A stretch of 64,000 nucleotides of DNA. It comes from Vairimorpha necatrix. Its lineage: Eukaryota. The stretch is from NCBI GenBank assembly GCA_036630325.1, contig CP142732.1, positions 124,001-188,000 of the forward strand. Direction: 5' to 3'. A model generated the notes under the pieces. The model was not told the origin of the DNA, made no database searches, and saw only the letters and a list, made by a program, of their open reading frames with translations. The translations under genes were made by a program, and so were the position numbers. Positions 1 through 11,197 of this stretch are shown piece by piece. The first letter of the stretch is position 1. Every line of letters starts with the position of its first letter.

Positions 1-130
1 TTAAGAGCTCCGATTAGAACCAAAACTGCAGCATATATACAGCAAGAGTCCTTAAAATGACTTTAGAAAAACTAAAAATATCAGACATGGGCTTGATACT
101 GATTAGGAAGAGGTATTTTAGAGTCCGTTG
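1..130 (+). mobile_element. Degraded 3' end of an RLE-type non-LTR retrotransposon
   Basis: Frameshifted translation AYIQ/RVLKMTLE matches the C-terminus EAYIQYIVMKKTLES of the non-LTR fragment near 18000. Boundaries approximate. Confidence 0.5.
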
Positions 131-398
131 TGTGGGTTTCAAAAGGGAAACGGGGAACTGTCCATGAGACTGTTAGCATATCTTGTGAAAAGTAATTATT
201 AGTTAAGATATTATATTATACTCAAATAAAGTAGTTTATCATTAAATTTCTTTTTTTTGAATATAATTTTTTTTTTTCAAACTTGCATTAAATATAGGTT
301 AAAGGGGATTTGAAAATTTTTATTTATATTTAACATACTGAGAACATTAGATGATGTGATTAACTTGGTTATTATATAGCAGTATTATTTTCAGCCTT

Positions 399-560
399 TA
401 TTGTACTTAATCGGAGGTACGTCTCAATGAGATCGGTGATGATTCGGAAATATAAGATTATTTATTTGATAGTTTAATTCGTCGTATGCTCATGCATTTG
501 AGGCCCTTCCCTTTTACAATATTAGAAGCTTGTTTGTAAACAAACAACATCTAGTTTCTG
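399..560 (-). repeat. Degraded LTR remnant related to the 7137-11350 family
   Basis: Shares cggaggtacgtctcaatgagat with that LTR. Minus strand encodes DLIETYLRL versus NLIETYLRL. No TSD found and ends uncertain. Confidence 0.55.
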
Positions 561-1429
561 ACAAGACATCGAAGAAAACTTAGACTCTTGCTTAATCGTA
601 CATGCACATTGTGATCGGATGCACTACGAATAAGCAATATTATAATGTTCAATCTGATTAATCAAATCATCAGACTCTTATAAAACATTCATACAGTAGA
701 ATTTTTAGCTACTTCAATTTTTTTTTGCTAGTTATTTATCAAATGGATGCTTTTTCATAGTTTCTTTTAAAATACACAAAATATATTAAATATATACAAA
801 ACTAAAAAATTTGTAGATACTTTGATGTTTAGAATAGTATTTTGATATTTTTCACCTTTAGATTTAGAATCCGTTTTTAAGAATATAAAAAAAAACCAAT
901 GGCTTTATCTCTTCGAGCTTTTTTGATCAGCCAAATTTAAGTCGTTAACATAGATATCATTTAAATGCTATACGAGAGATAATACATCATATATTAAATA
1001 TTAGCATACATAGCTCAAGGTTATTACAAGAACTATATATATTTGAGAAAAAATATCTTTAATTTTTTTAAAAAATAGGAAATAATCTCTTGAGGAATCA
1101 ATCCCGACCCTCGAAATTCCAGATACAACGGATTTGATTTTCTTATAAGTATAGGCGTGGAAATTAATCAATAATTAATATGTCTTCAATGTTTTTTTTA
1201 AATTATATGACTATTTGGTAATAGCTACTTTGAATTTATATCCTCTTTAGGACATGTCCTTTAATTTGTTGTAACAAAATCTATCAAAGCAAGCTACTTT
1301 TAATGTGTATTATCAGCTACTATAAAATTATGCATATAAATCTCTTTTCTAATTGTTGTAAGAGAACAACCAGACTAAATTCGAAGCAAATTTCTATTAC
1401 TTACAGGATTGAAATAAATTTTAAAAACA

Positions 1430-2020
1430 AGAGGGCTATGTCCCTATTGCGGATCCCATGAGAAGAATGCGAATCATTTAGCCTCGAGTTTGATCTGATG
1501 TTCGTAGTTAAATTATATGAAAAGACATAATGAGCCCAATATATGTATTCATTTGTTATGTGTAATTTTGGTCTGTGAAATCAAAAAGGATACGTATATC
1601 TCAGTATATCATATTATAAGTAATCAAGTTAAAATAAAAGAGGACATGGGAATATCTACAAATATAAAAATAAACTTTTATAATCAAATTCACTTAGTCA
1701 GAGAATAATAAAAATGTAAATTTTATAGTGAAAGTTGATATCACAATCTAGTTCGACTTACTATAGTCTAGAACGAAAAGGCAAGAAAATATGAATTTCA
1801 AGCTAATTACAAAGTCTAATACGTAAATATGAACAAGAATGGTTTTATATGTGATGATATAAGACAAAGTCAAGTAAAAATATGGTATAAAGTACAAAAA
1901 CGAGCAGAAATAGACCTCCTGTATAGCATACACCCAGACGGGGTGATGAAGAATTCTTTTGAGCACATCTTTTGGACAAAGACGAGGATACGTTCCAAAG
2001 ACCGGATGAAAAAGCAGTAA
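1430..2020 (+). pseudogene. RLE-type (R2/R4/NeSL-like) non-LTR retrotransposon 3' fragment
   Basis: Translates to LCPYCGSHEKNANHLAS then MKRHNE..CIHLL (zinc knuckle plus RHN motif that precede the PD-(D/E)xK endonuclease). Homologous to 18400-18540 on the minus strand. Many stops and frameshifts. Confidence 0.75.
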
Positions 2021-2232
2021 CAAGAAATGTAAGTGCATTGCCCATAGAAATCTTGAATGTATATGAAATGATAGTGAATACATAGATATTAAAGTTATAA
2101 AAATATTACAAAATCTAAAAATTTTAAAGATACTAATCATATAAGCGATATAGGAATATATAGGCTATCATATTTTACATCTGTAAAAATAACATAATGA
2201 TTATATTTTAAATAAGTTGCAAAAGAATATCG

Positions 2233-3302
2233 AGCTAAAATCAGCATTAGTGTAAAAAAAATGGGGGGTCAAAATTTTTAAAAAGTTGCCCCTTTTTTAA
2301 AAAAAGGAAGGGAAGGCTGAGTAAGGAAGAAATTGAAGATTTTTACGAACGTCTGCTAAACAAGAAATATAAGCAGAAATGTGCAAAATGTGGTTGGAAT
2401 ACGTCTAGAGTATCCAACGAAACAGCTTATTTGAGATGCAAGTTTCCCAAATGCAGGCACAGATTTTCAATTTGGAATAATACCTTATTTTCAAATAGTA
2501 AAATAGATCATCTTCTTATGTTGAAAATAATTAATCTGTGGATAATTGGAATTAAAATAGAAAAAAATTTCAAAAATTTTGGATTGTAATGGTCAAAATA
2601 TAAGTTACACACTCGAAAAATTATATAAATTAAAAATTTACGAGAAGTATATAAATAATACAAAACAAATTGGAGGCGGAAATATTATAGTAGAGATCGA
2701 TGAAAGTAAAATAGGGAAGAATAAATACCACAGGGGAAGATTGGTTAAAGGTTTTTGGTGTTTCGGGATGGTAGAAAGGACAGCCGAAAAGAAGATAATC
2801 TTTCAAATAATAAAAAAAAGAAACAAGGAAACATTGCTACCCATTTTATTTAAGCATGTAGATTTTGAATCCGTCATTTATTCGGATATGTGGAGGGCGT
2901 ATTCAACGTTAAAAAATCATTATGCGGACCATAGGACTGTGAATCACAGTCAAACTTTTAGAGACAGTGAGACGGGTGTTCATACAAACACCATCGAAGG
3001 GAATTGGAGGTCTTTAAAAGCCTCTATACCCAATAGGTGGCGGACCTATGAACTAGCTGAGATATATTTGACCCTCTATATGATTAGGAGAAATGAGAAT
3101 CAATAAACCTTCGAAGCATTATTAAAATTATGTTTTTGATATATTTATTTATTTTAATGTTAATTTTTATGCATTTCTACATCTTAATTGCATTTTAGGA
3201 TTTTCCTGAAGTTTTCTCTTCCCTTCCTTTTTTTAAAAAAGGGGCAATTTTTTAAAAATTTTGACCCCCCCCATTTTTTTTACACTAATGCTGATTTTAG
3301 CC
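2233..3302 (+). mobile_element. Merlin/ISXO2-like (IS1595 superfamily) DNA transposon
   Basis: About 83-bp TIRs (gctaaaatcagcattagtgt...), 8-bp TSD GAATATCG at 2225-2232 and 3303-3310, internal DDE transposase. Confidence 0.92.
2579..3106 (+). pseudogene. Merlin/ISXO2 DDE transposase, catalytic part (N-terminal Cys-rich part out of frame upstream, from ~2320)
   Basis: IGGGNIIVEIDESK, VIYSDMWRAY and VNHS...GVHTNTIEGNW motifs. CAKC/CKFPKC region lies upstream in another frame. Confidence 0.85.
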
Positions 3303-6300
3303 GAATATCGTATAAAGTATAGCGGAACAGTTATCTTATGCTAACAGGTACAGCCTAGATAATAGAAATATATAATAGAATAAATTATTTAGAATTTTAG
3401 AAAATCTTTTGCTTTTATTTAGCCCCTCAATTCTCTAATTATTTAAAAATTTGTTATTTCATCCTTTCGTTATTACATTTGCTGTTTTAATAAAGAATGT
3501 GGTTGTTTTTGAAATATCTTTAAATATTTAAGTTATCAAACATTAAATCGTCCTGATAAACGAAAAACATTAATATTCTTCTTTTTGCGTTTGATTTGTA
3601 CTACAAGTAATTTCTTTACATTAAATGATTTAGTACATCGCATAATGAATTTTAGGTAACGTTTGAGGATACTGTCGATCTCAAAGAACGTATATTTGTC
3701 TTTTTTATGTGAAAGTGTTTTTATTATAACAAAACAGTAAAACATAAATCAAATTTAATATTTTGTAAACCGATGAAATTCTCTATTATAAAAAAAAAAG
3801 TAATATCGTAAATATTAAAGTTTGTTGTTCTTGTTGTGTCATTATAGTATTATGTTTTTATAAAAATTTTTTTGTAGAAAGTATTCAACGATATTATGAT
3901 AATTTACATAAAAATTTTTAATGAAATAAAAATATATCAGTATTTTATGTGGTCTGTTGGTTTCCCAACAGACTGAGAAGAATGTTTTTAACTATAATTT
4001 TTATTATTCTTTATACCCTTCTGAGCATTGGTTTCTTTTATGTTTGTCAAGGGGAAAATATTGTCTATTTTTCCTCCAATAACATTAAGAGAAGAAGGAA
4101 AAAAAATACTTATAGAATAGTATTCTTGGTATCCAGGGTCATCTTAGAACCACTGGAGATCTGTCCCTTGACATTTTACATACTAATAAAATTAACCCTA
4201 TTAAAAGCCAAAAAATAAATTTTACACAAACTTAATATTCTTTTTTTTTCAATGCACTGAAAAGTAACAAATAATTTTATAGTGCATTTATTCAAAAAAA
4301 TGTAAGTTAATTACGTTTCTAGAAATGCATATTAATGATCATATATTTAGCAAAGCATAAGTAGGCTCTGGAACCGCAAAATTTCAAATACTTTTCAAAG
4401 ATTTTAGCTTTTGCAACTATGAAACTATAATTTACTGTAAGAAGTTAATATCAGGAATTTACGTTCGTGTTCTGTTGACAAAACAAATCATTTTCATAAA
4501 TAATTAATCCGAATTTGAATTACAAAAATTAAAAAAGACATGCGTACAAAAACAATTAATAACAAATATCATGACCATAGAAAGAATTAATAAATGTTGT
4601 TATCTAACGAAGTTTATAATAGTCAAAATTTAAATAACAAACACTGATTGGTTAGAAAAAAAACTAATAATCGAGGCTATTTGTTAATAGGTACAAATTA
4701 CTTAAAGAATGCGATTAAAGTTTTTTGTGTTTTCTGATGCAAAAGGCAGTTTTATGTATAAACTTAAACTTAATTTTAAATTAAAGTACATTATCATTCT
4801 AACCCATTGTATTGTCATATATTTGGTTTTGAGTATTGTTTTAACTAGATTTAACAATGAACCATGACATTAGTTGCAAAATACTTAAAACTAAGCTGTT
4901 TATTTAATATCGCCATGTGGTTGCTGTGTTTTTTATAATATTTTTATGAACAATTTTTAAATGTTTATTCCAAGTATGTTTTTTCAAAAGTGAAATTAAC
5001 AAGGCAAAAATTAATTTGAATTTAACTTGTATAGAGTTAAAAATATAAAGTTTATAAACTTGCTTTATATGAAGTATCTTCGAAATTCCTAAAATGTTAT
5101 ATTGTGTCTTCTGGGCGGCATTTGCAGTACGAATGCTAACAGAAAATCGTTTTCTTTTATGTTATTTTCAATAAAGGGCGATAATAAGTAAAGTGATAAA
5201 AATGCAGTTAGACGTTAATAAATGTCACAGTCCGGTGAATATCCAAGGGTTATAACCTATAAAAACTCTTAAGTGAGGGAGAACCAGAAAATAGGAAAAA
5301 ATAAATGTTCGATCAAATGATTGCCCAAATTTTGTCTCGACCTTTGAAGGATAATTTTTTATTTATTTTTGAAATTTTGTGAGGGAATAATGAAAAAAGA
5401 AGAAAAGTAAAATAAACAAAAATATTGTTTTTATTCATTACCAAGCAAAATTAGATTCCTAGTACTGATTTCTTTTATAATAATTTCATTACCATCTTCT
5501 CTGCATAATTTAACTTTATTAAATTGTAATATGGCTATAACAACGTAGACTTCTACATCTTATTTTTCATAATTAAAATTACTATTGATAGTAAATTCGC
5601 TGTTCAAAGAGTGTCCAAAAGGACCATTTCTGTTATTTCAGACCCTAAGAAATCATTTTTATATACTTCTTTGTAACATTCTATTCACGGCAGTTTGTGT
5701 ATTGGTTCTAGTTGCATCATATTTAATTTTATTTAAAAAAGAATTGTGCTATTCAATGTATATAAATGTGCAGTTTCTTCTTTTGTTATTTGCATCTAGA
5801 ATATCTAATATACGTTCTTTCGCCTGCTCTTCGTCTTCACTTTCTCGTTCGTGATTTTCGCCATTAATCGATACCAGAATATCCGTAATTCTAGAATCGT
5901 CCATTATGTCACTTATTGTTCTACCAAATATTAAAGTGAATGGTGTTTGTCTCGTAGTAGAGTGTCTTACATGTTATTTGACCAGGTAACTTCTTCGCGT
6001 CGCTTGGTCATTGGCTCAAATCGTTTTTGTTTTCATTGTAAATGCAATCATTTACTTTAATGTTTTGTTGCATCATTCAATCTGTCCTTGTGTACCTGGA
6101 TATCTAGCTCTCTCCCATACGTGTCTTATTTTATGTTTCTGACATAAAAGGACGAGTACTAGATTTACAAATTTTCTGTCGTTATCGGTTTGAAGTATAT
6201 AACAGAACTTAAATGCTCTTAACAAAGTTTCAAAGGCATGATCACAATAATATCTGTTTCGTCAAGCAGTGATACCACCCAACAAAATTCGGTAAATGAA

Positions 6301-6700
6301 TCTGCAATTTTCACTAACCAAAAATAACGTTCACTGTGTTTGTGATATATTCGGAAATTAATCAACCCAACAACATATGTTTTCTTGTGTTTGTAACAAT
6401 TGGTCTAATAACTGGTCTAGTAACAAGTTTCTTTATGGACGACATATATCACAGCCATTCAAAACTCTCTGGATATCTTCACGGGTTGCGTCGAAGACTT
6501 TTGTTTGCAATAATACAAACAATCTGTCCGTCTTTCATTCTCATTTGAGACGAGGTTTAATTTTGAAGCGTTACTTGATGGGGATAAAGAATCTTAATGA
6601 TCTATATAGGCCTACTTTAAATCTCGCCGTATTCTCTGTGATTCTATTAATCAAATCCCGAATTAGGATAATTCTTTTCGATTTCGCCCTAAAAGCAACT

Positions 6701-6961
6701 TATGACATTATTAACCACATTATTTTTTTTTCTATCAAATAAATTTCCTAGAATTTATTTTTCTCTAAATATTTTCTTTTATTTCACCCCAAATACAAAA
6801 GCACAGGAGAGAAAAAATCGCTGTATTCCCAGAGGAGGGAAAATAATGCACAAACAGGCAAATAAAATAAACATAATTTAATTAACAACGAAACTCTAGC
6901 ACCCAGGAGAAGCATCATTGAACACTATATGAGGATTGGCCTTTTACCGGGCAATGCCTCA
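6701..6961 (+). repeat. Solo LTR (261 bp)
   Basis: 5-bp TSD CAACT (6696-6700, 6962-6966). Removing it restores collinearity with the second Ginger copy. 3' part encodes SIIEHYMRIGLLPGNAS, similar to the LTR at 53045-53298. Confidence 0.8.
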
Positions 6962-7387
6962 CAACTCTTTCTTGTTTTTCTACCAATTTTGCTAAAAAAG
7001 ACCAGCTTGTAGGAAGCAAAATTTTCTTGCCTTATTTCGTCCCTCAATTTTTTTTCATGCCCTAATATTAGAGAACTTTAACGTTAAATTTCAAAGACAT
7101 AAAAACAACCGTTTTAGTGGATATTTTTTTAACCATTGACGTACCCCAAGCGGAGGTACGTCTCAATGAGATTATTATATTGTTGTTTGTAAATGTTATT
7201 TTTACTATATTGAGATTTATTATTTTTATGGTTCATCATCCTCTCCTTTGGTGAGGGGCTATTTTTAAATATTTTAAATATTTAATTGTTTGTTAACAAA
7301 CAAACAAATGAATGACATTTAGTTTGAGAAAATATTATAAACTAAATGATTAATGTGATGATGTTTCACATTCATTAATAAAAGTCA

Positions 7388-10300
7388 TCACATCCTGCCC
7401 ACTCCTCCGAATTTGATATCATCTTCATGTATTTCATTTTCAAATCCCTCTAACTTATACCACTTTCCTTTCTTTCCTGCTTTAGTTACTGTCACTGGTC
7501 CTAAATATTGATCATCTAATTTCTTTGCTTTAAAGTTTCTCACGAAAACTTGTTGACCTATTTTGAAAACTGGGGACTTCCTATTTCCGCCCGACTTCTC
7601 GGTATTTTCTCTACAGTTAGTTTGTAATTTATCAATTTTAATCCCGAAAGGATCATATGGACTGTGTCCTATTAAAAAGGTAGTTGGAGATACTTTAAGT
7701 GCAGTATTATAGTTGTGGTTATGTCTTATGTGGATTCCTTCTGATACTGATTTCAGATTTCTACCTTTATATAACCTGAGGCATTGCGTGATTGTTTGGT
7801 TCAGCCTCTCACTGATACCATTACTACTTGGGTGATATATAGGAGTTGCTATCTTTTGTATTTCGTGCTCTGCACAATATTTAATTAACTTCTCTGAATC
7901 ATATTGAGTTCCATTATCAGATATAAAGGTCTTAGGCCTTCCATAAACTTCTATCCAGTCTTTAATACATGTAATTATACGCTCCGCTGTAACCTTATAT
8001 GTAAAGTATACTTTTAGCGTTCTCGTATATACGTCTATAATAGTGATATAATATCCCTTATGACATGTACCGTTATGTATGTAGTTCTCTAGACTAAATG
8101 GTCCATAGATGTCACTCGATATCTTTTCGAATGGTGCAGAGGCTACAATACTATTATAAGATCGGTTTTTTTTCTTATTATTTTTCGTTCTGATGCAATT
8201 GATACAGTTACTTGTAATTTCTTTAATTAACTTTTTTACACCTGTAACTTTGAATATATGCTTAATATTATTGTAAAGAATTGTAGATCCAACGTGTATA
8301 GTTCTTCGATGCATATAATCCAAAAAATTCCTTGACTGATCATTATCTATTATTATTCTGTTCTTCTTGTCTTTAGCCCAAACATTGGGGGTTTCTTTTG
8401 TTTTCATAACGAACTGATTAAGTTCATTTAAGTATCTCGTTTTGTCTATAACTTCTTGACTTGTCGTTAATATCAAATTTCTAGATAAGCTGTCAGCTAT
8501 TACGTTCTTTGTGCCAGATATGGACGTTATTTTGATATTGAACTGGTTCAATATTAACTTCCACCTTTCAATCCTGCTAGATATTTGCTTGTTCGGTAGT
8601 AAACAGTTTTTATTATCAGTAGATACCTCTACATAGTAACCTAATATGATATTTCTGAAATGATTTAACGTCTTAATAATAGCAAATAATTCCTTTTCGA
8701 CTATTGAATAGTTCTTTTCGGTACTGTTTAGCTTTTTGCTGTAGTATCCAAGTATTCCTCCTTCTTGAAAGAGTACACCTCCTATGCCATTATTCGAAGC
8801 GTCGCACTGTATAACAAATTTCTTCGTGTAGTCTGGCAACTTAAGTGTAGCTTTACTAATATCAACTGCGATTTGCGCTACTATATCTTTGTGTTTGTCA
8901 GTCCAAAGTATTCCTGTATTTGTGTTCTTAAGCAGTTCTGTAATGTTCGCAATTTTATCACTCAAGTTAGAAACATAAGGTCTGTACCAGTTCATTATGC
9001 CAATTATTCTTTGCAGCTCCTTTTTTGATTTAGGGTTTCTGAGTGCTAACAATTTCTGAATGCTCGTTAGTTCTGGTTTCATAGTATTTTCACAAATCAC
9101 GTTTCCTAGTATCGTGGTATTATTAGTAAAAAACTCGCTTTTTTCAAAATTTATTGCTACTTCATAACTTTTGAGTCTTCTTAAAATTTTTGACACGGTT
9201 TTTATATGACTTTCAAGGTCTGGTGAAAAGGCCATTATATCATCAATGTAAACAAATATATTATCTATGTCTTCTAGTATTTTGATGATTGTTTTTTGAA
9301 AAATTTTAGGTCCTGAACGAATTCCAAATGGGACCCTTTTGTATTGGTATTGTCTTCCCAATAATGTAAACCCCGTAAATTTCCGACTTTCGGGTTTTAT
9401 GTATAGTTGGTTGAAACCGTTCTTCAGATCGATTTTTGTATACCATTTAGCGCTTCCCATTTGCATAATATTTTCTGTTATATTGGGTATTGCCGCAATC
9501 TCATCTATGACATATTCGTTTATTTCTCTATAATCGACCACCAGTCTCAAATCTTTATTCTTTTTTTCTATTAAAAATGCCGGGCTGGCATATGGCGAAT
9601 CTGAGAGTTCGATTATATCATTTTCTAGTAACCTTTGTAGTTCTCGTTTAGCTCCGACTGTATGTTTATGTGGAACACTGTAGAATTTTGGTTTAGGTGT
9701 TTTAATGTCTTGTCTCATCCTTATTTCTATCGGTTCTATTTTTATTTGTTTATAAGAAGAATTGGTTTTTACATATGAATAAATATAACGTTTTAATTCG
9801 TCGTTATTAAGATTTTCTAAAGACAGACACAGGCTTTCAATTAAAATTTTATCTAAATCTTCGATGTCTGATTCACTGTCTTCTTGGTTCTTTGTACTGA
9901 TCACATCACCGTTGATTATTATAGTCTGATTCTTATAATTCATTATTACTTCGTTACTACTAAGAAATTCGTTTCCTAATACAAATTCGACTGGTAAGTT
10001 ATTCAGTAAGTAAAATTTAACTACGTGGCTTGACTTAGCTCCTATTATTTTAATTTCCTCATTTACTGTCTCAGTACACTCTTCCATGTCATCATTTCCG
10101 TATTTTATAGTTATTGGAGAATCCTCGACGATAGGTATTTTTAGCTTAAGGGCAACTTCTCTCTTTATGAAGTTCCTTGAAGCTCCCGAGTCCATAAAAA
10201 ATGACGTTTGGTATTTTTTAATTACCCCTTGTAGTTCGGGTGTTTTAGTATTTATTCCTTTCTCGCTAATAATCAAGTTCCTAGTCTCTCCTTTCTGTTT

Positions 10301-11197
10301 TTCATCCCTATTCTTAATTTTTTCCTTAATAAATTTCTGGTAGGTCTCGCAATCTTTTGAATCGTGATCATTCTTCTTGTGGTATTTGCACCACTTGTTA
10401 TTGTTTACTGCCTCTAAAGTCTCTTTATAGGGTTCTTTCCTTATAGGATCAAAAACTTTCTTCTCTAGTATCACTTGTTTAGATACTATTTTCTTTTCTA
10501 ACGTGTAAAGAAATCTAATTGCATCTTTATAGTCTTTAAATTCATGCTTGAAAAGCTCTCCATCTGTATATGGACCAAGTCCATTGTAAAAGGTCTCTTC
10601 TACTCGCCTATTGAACTCTGTTTTTGAGAGTTTATTAATTACGGCATAAATGTTAACTAGTTCTTTAATTTCTTGGATGTATTCTTGGATGGTTTCATAG
10701 CTTAATTGTTTAATAGAAGCTAGTTCTGTTAATATGCTTCTGCTATGTTCTATCGGAAATCTAAGACCGATCAGATAATCGCGTGTGGAGAAAAAATCTT
10801 CCACTATCCTCTCTTGCTCGATCAATGAGTCTTTACTCATTTTCCTTATTACCATCATCAGCTGTTTGGGTTTCCATTGGTTTTCTTCTGAGATTTTTTC
10901 GATCTCTTTTAACCATTCTATAATATCTATTGTCCGTATATCTTCAATGTAATAGATATCTGTAGTGAACCTTTGTTCTAAACCTTCTATTTTGGTTTCA
11001 AATGTAATATATTTTCCTTTTAGTTTTTCTGCCTGCTTCCCTTGGTATTTCGACAGTTTCACCTTGCTTGGGATTTCACTCGTTGAATTCAACTTGACGT
11101 ACCCCAAGCGGAGGTACGTCTCAATGAGATTATTATATTGTTGTTTGTAAATGTTATTTTTACTATATTGAGATTTATTATTTTTATGGTTCATCAT
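7388..11197 (-). CDS. Gag-Pol polyprotein (Gag, CHHC knuckle, aspartic protease, RT, RNase H, integrase)
   Basis: WCKYHKKNDHDSKDC; FMDSGAS; LVVDYREIN and YIDD; IQCDAS...EKELFAI; integrase HHCC, SDIYGP, ISDNG, SNGISER. Ty3/Gypsy domain order. Confidence 0.97.
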   Translation of the reverse strand: MMNHKNNKSQYSKNNIYKQQYNNLIETYLRLGYVKLNSTSEIPSKVKLSKYQGKQAEKLKGKYITFETKIEGLEQRFTTDIYYIEDIRTIDIIEWLKEIEKISEENQWKPKQLMMVIRKMSKDSLIEQERIVEDFFSTRDYLIGLRFPIEHSRSILTELASIKQLSYETIQEYIQEIKELVNIYAVINKLSKTEFNRRVEETFYNGLGPYTDGELFKHEFKDYKDAIRFLYTLEKKIVSKQVILEKKVFDPIRKEPYKETLEAVNNNKWCKYHKKNDHDSKDCETYQKFIKEKIKNRDEKQKGETRNLIISEKGINTKTPELQGVIKKYQTSFFMDSGASRNFIKREVALKLKIPIVEDSPITIKYGNDDMEECTETVNEEIKIIGAKSSHVVKFYLLNNLPVEFVLGNEFLSSNEVIMNYKNQTIIINGDVISTKNQEDSESDIEDLDKILIESLCLSLENLNNDELKRYIYSYVKTNSSYKQIKIEPIEIRMRQDIKTPKPKFYSVPHKHTVGAKRELQRLLENDIIELSDSPYASPAFLIEKKNKDLRLVVDYREINEYVIDEIAAIPNITENIMQMGSAKWYTKIDLKNGFNQLYIKPESRKFTGFTLLGRQYQYKRVPFGIRSGPKIFQKTIIKILEDIDNIFVYIDDIMAFSPDLESHIKTVSKILRRLKSYEVAINFEKSEFFTNNTTILGNVICENTMKPELTSIQKLLALRNPKSKKELQRIIGIMNWYRPYVSNLSDKIANITELLKNTNTGILWTDKHKDIVAQIAVDISKATLKLPDYTKKFVIQCDASNNGIGGVLFQEGGILGYYSKKLNSTEKNYSIVEKELFAIIKTLNHFRNIILGYYVEVSTDNKNCLLPNKQISSRIERWKLILNQFNIKITSISGTKNVIADSLSRNLILTTSQEVIDKTRYLNELNQFVMKTKETPNVWAKDKKNRIIIDNDQSRNFLDYMHRRTIHVGSTILYNNIKHIFKVTGVKKLIKEITSNCINCIRTKNNKKKNRSYNSIVASAPFEKISSDIYGPFSLENYIHNGTCHKGYYITIIDVYTRTLKVYFTYKVTAERIITCIKDWIEVYGRPKTFISDNGTQYDSEKLIKYCAEHEIQKIATPIYHPSSNGISERLNQTITQCLRLYKGRNLKSVSEGIHIRHNHNYNTALKVSPTTFLIGHSPYDPFGIKIDKLQTNCRENTEKSGGNRKSPVFKIGQQVFVRNFKAKKLDDQYLGPVTVTKAGKKGKWYKLEGFENEIHEDDIKFGGVGRM
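11082..11093. other. Perfect 12-bp palindrome GTTGAATTCAAC at the expected PBS position of element A
   Basis: Lies 1 nt inside the 5' LTR boundary (11095). No TGG-initiated tRNA-complementary tract there. Confidence 0.9.

Noticed and set aside
1748-2140. 130-aa hydrophobic minus-strand ORF
   Set aside because: Antisense to the degraded non-LTR fragment; hydrophobicity follows from T-rich codons.
2233-3302. Bacterial IS1595/IS630 annotation or bacterial origin of the window
   Set aside because: Ty3/Gypsy elements, C2H2 genes and 8-bp-TSD Merlin ends point to a eukaryote. No operons or bacterial genes are present.
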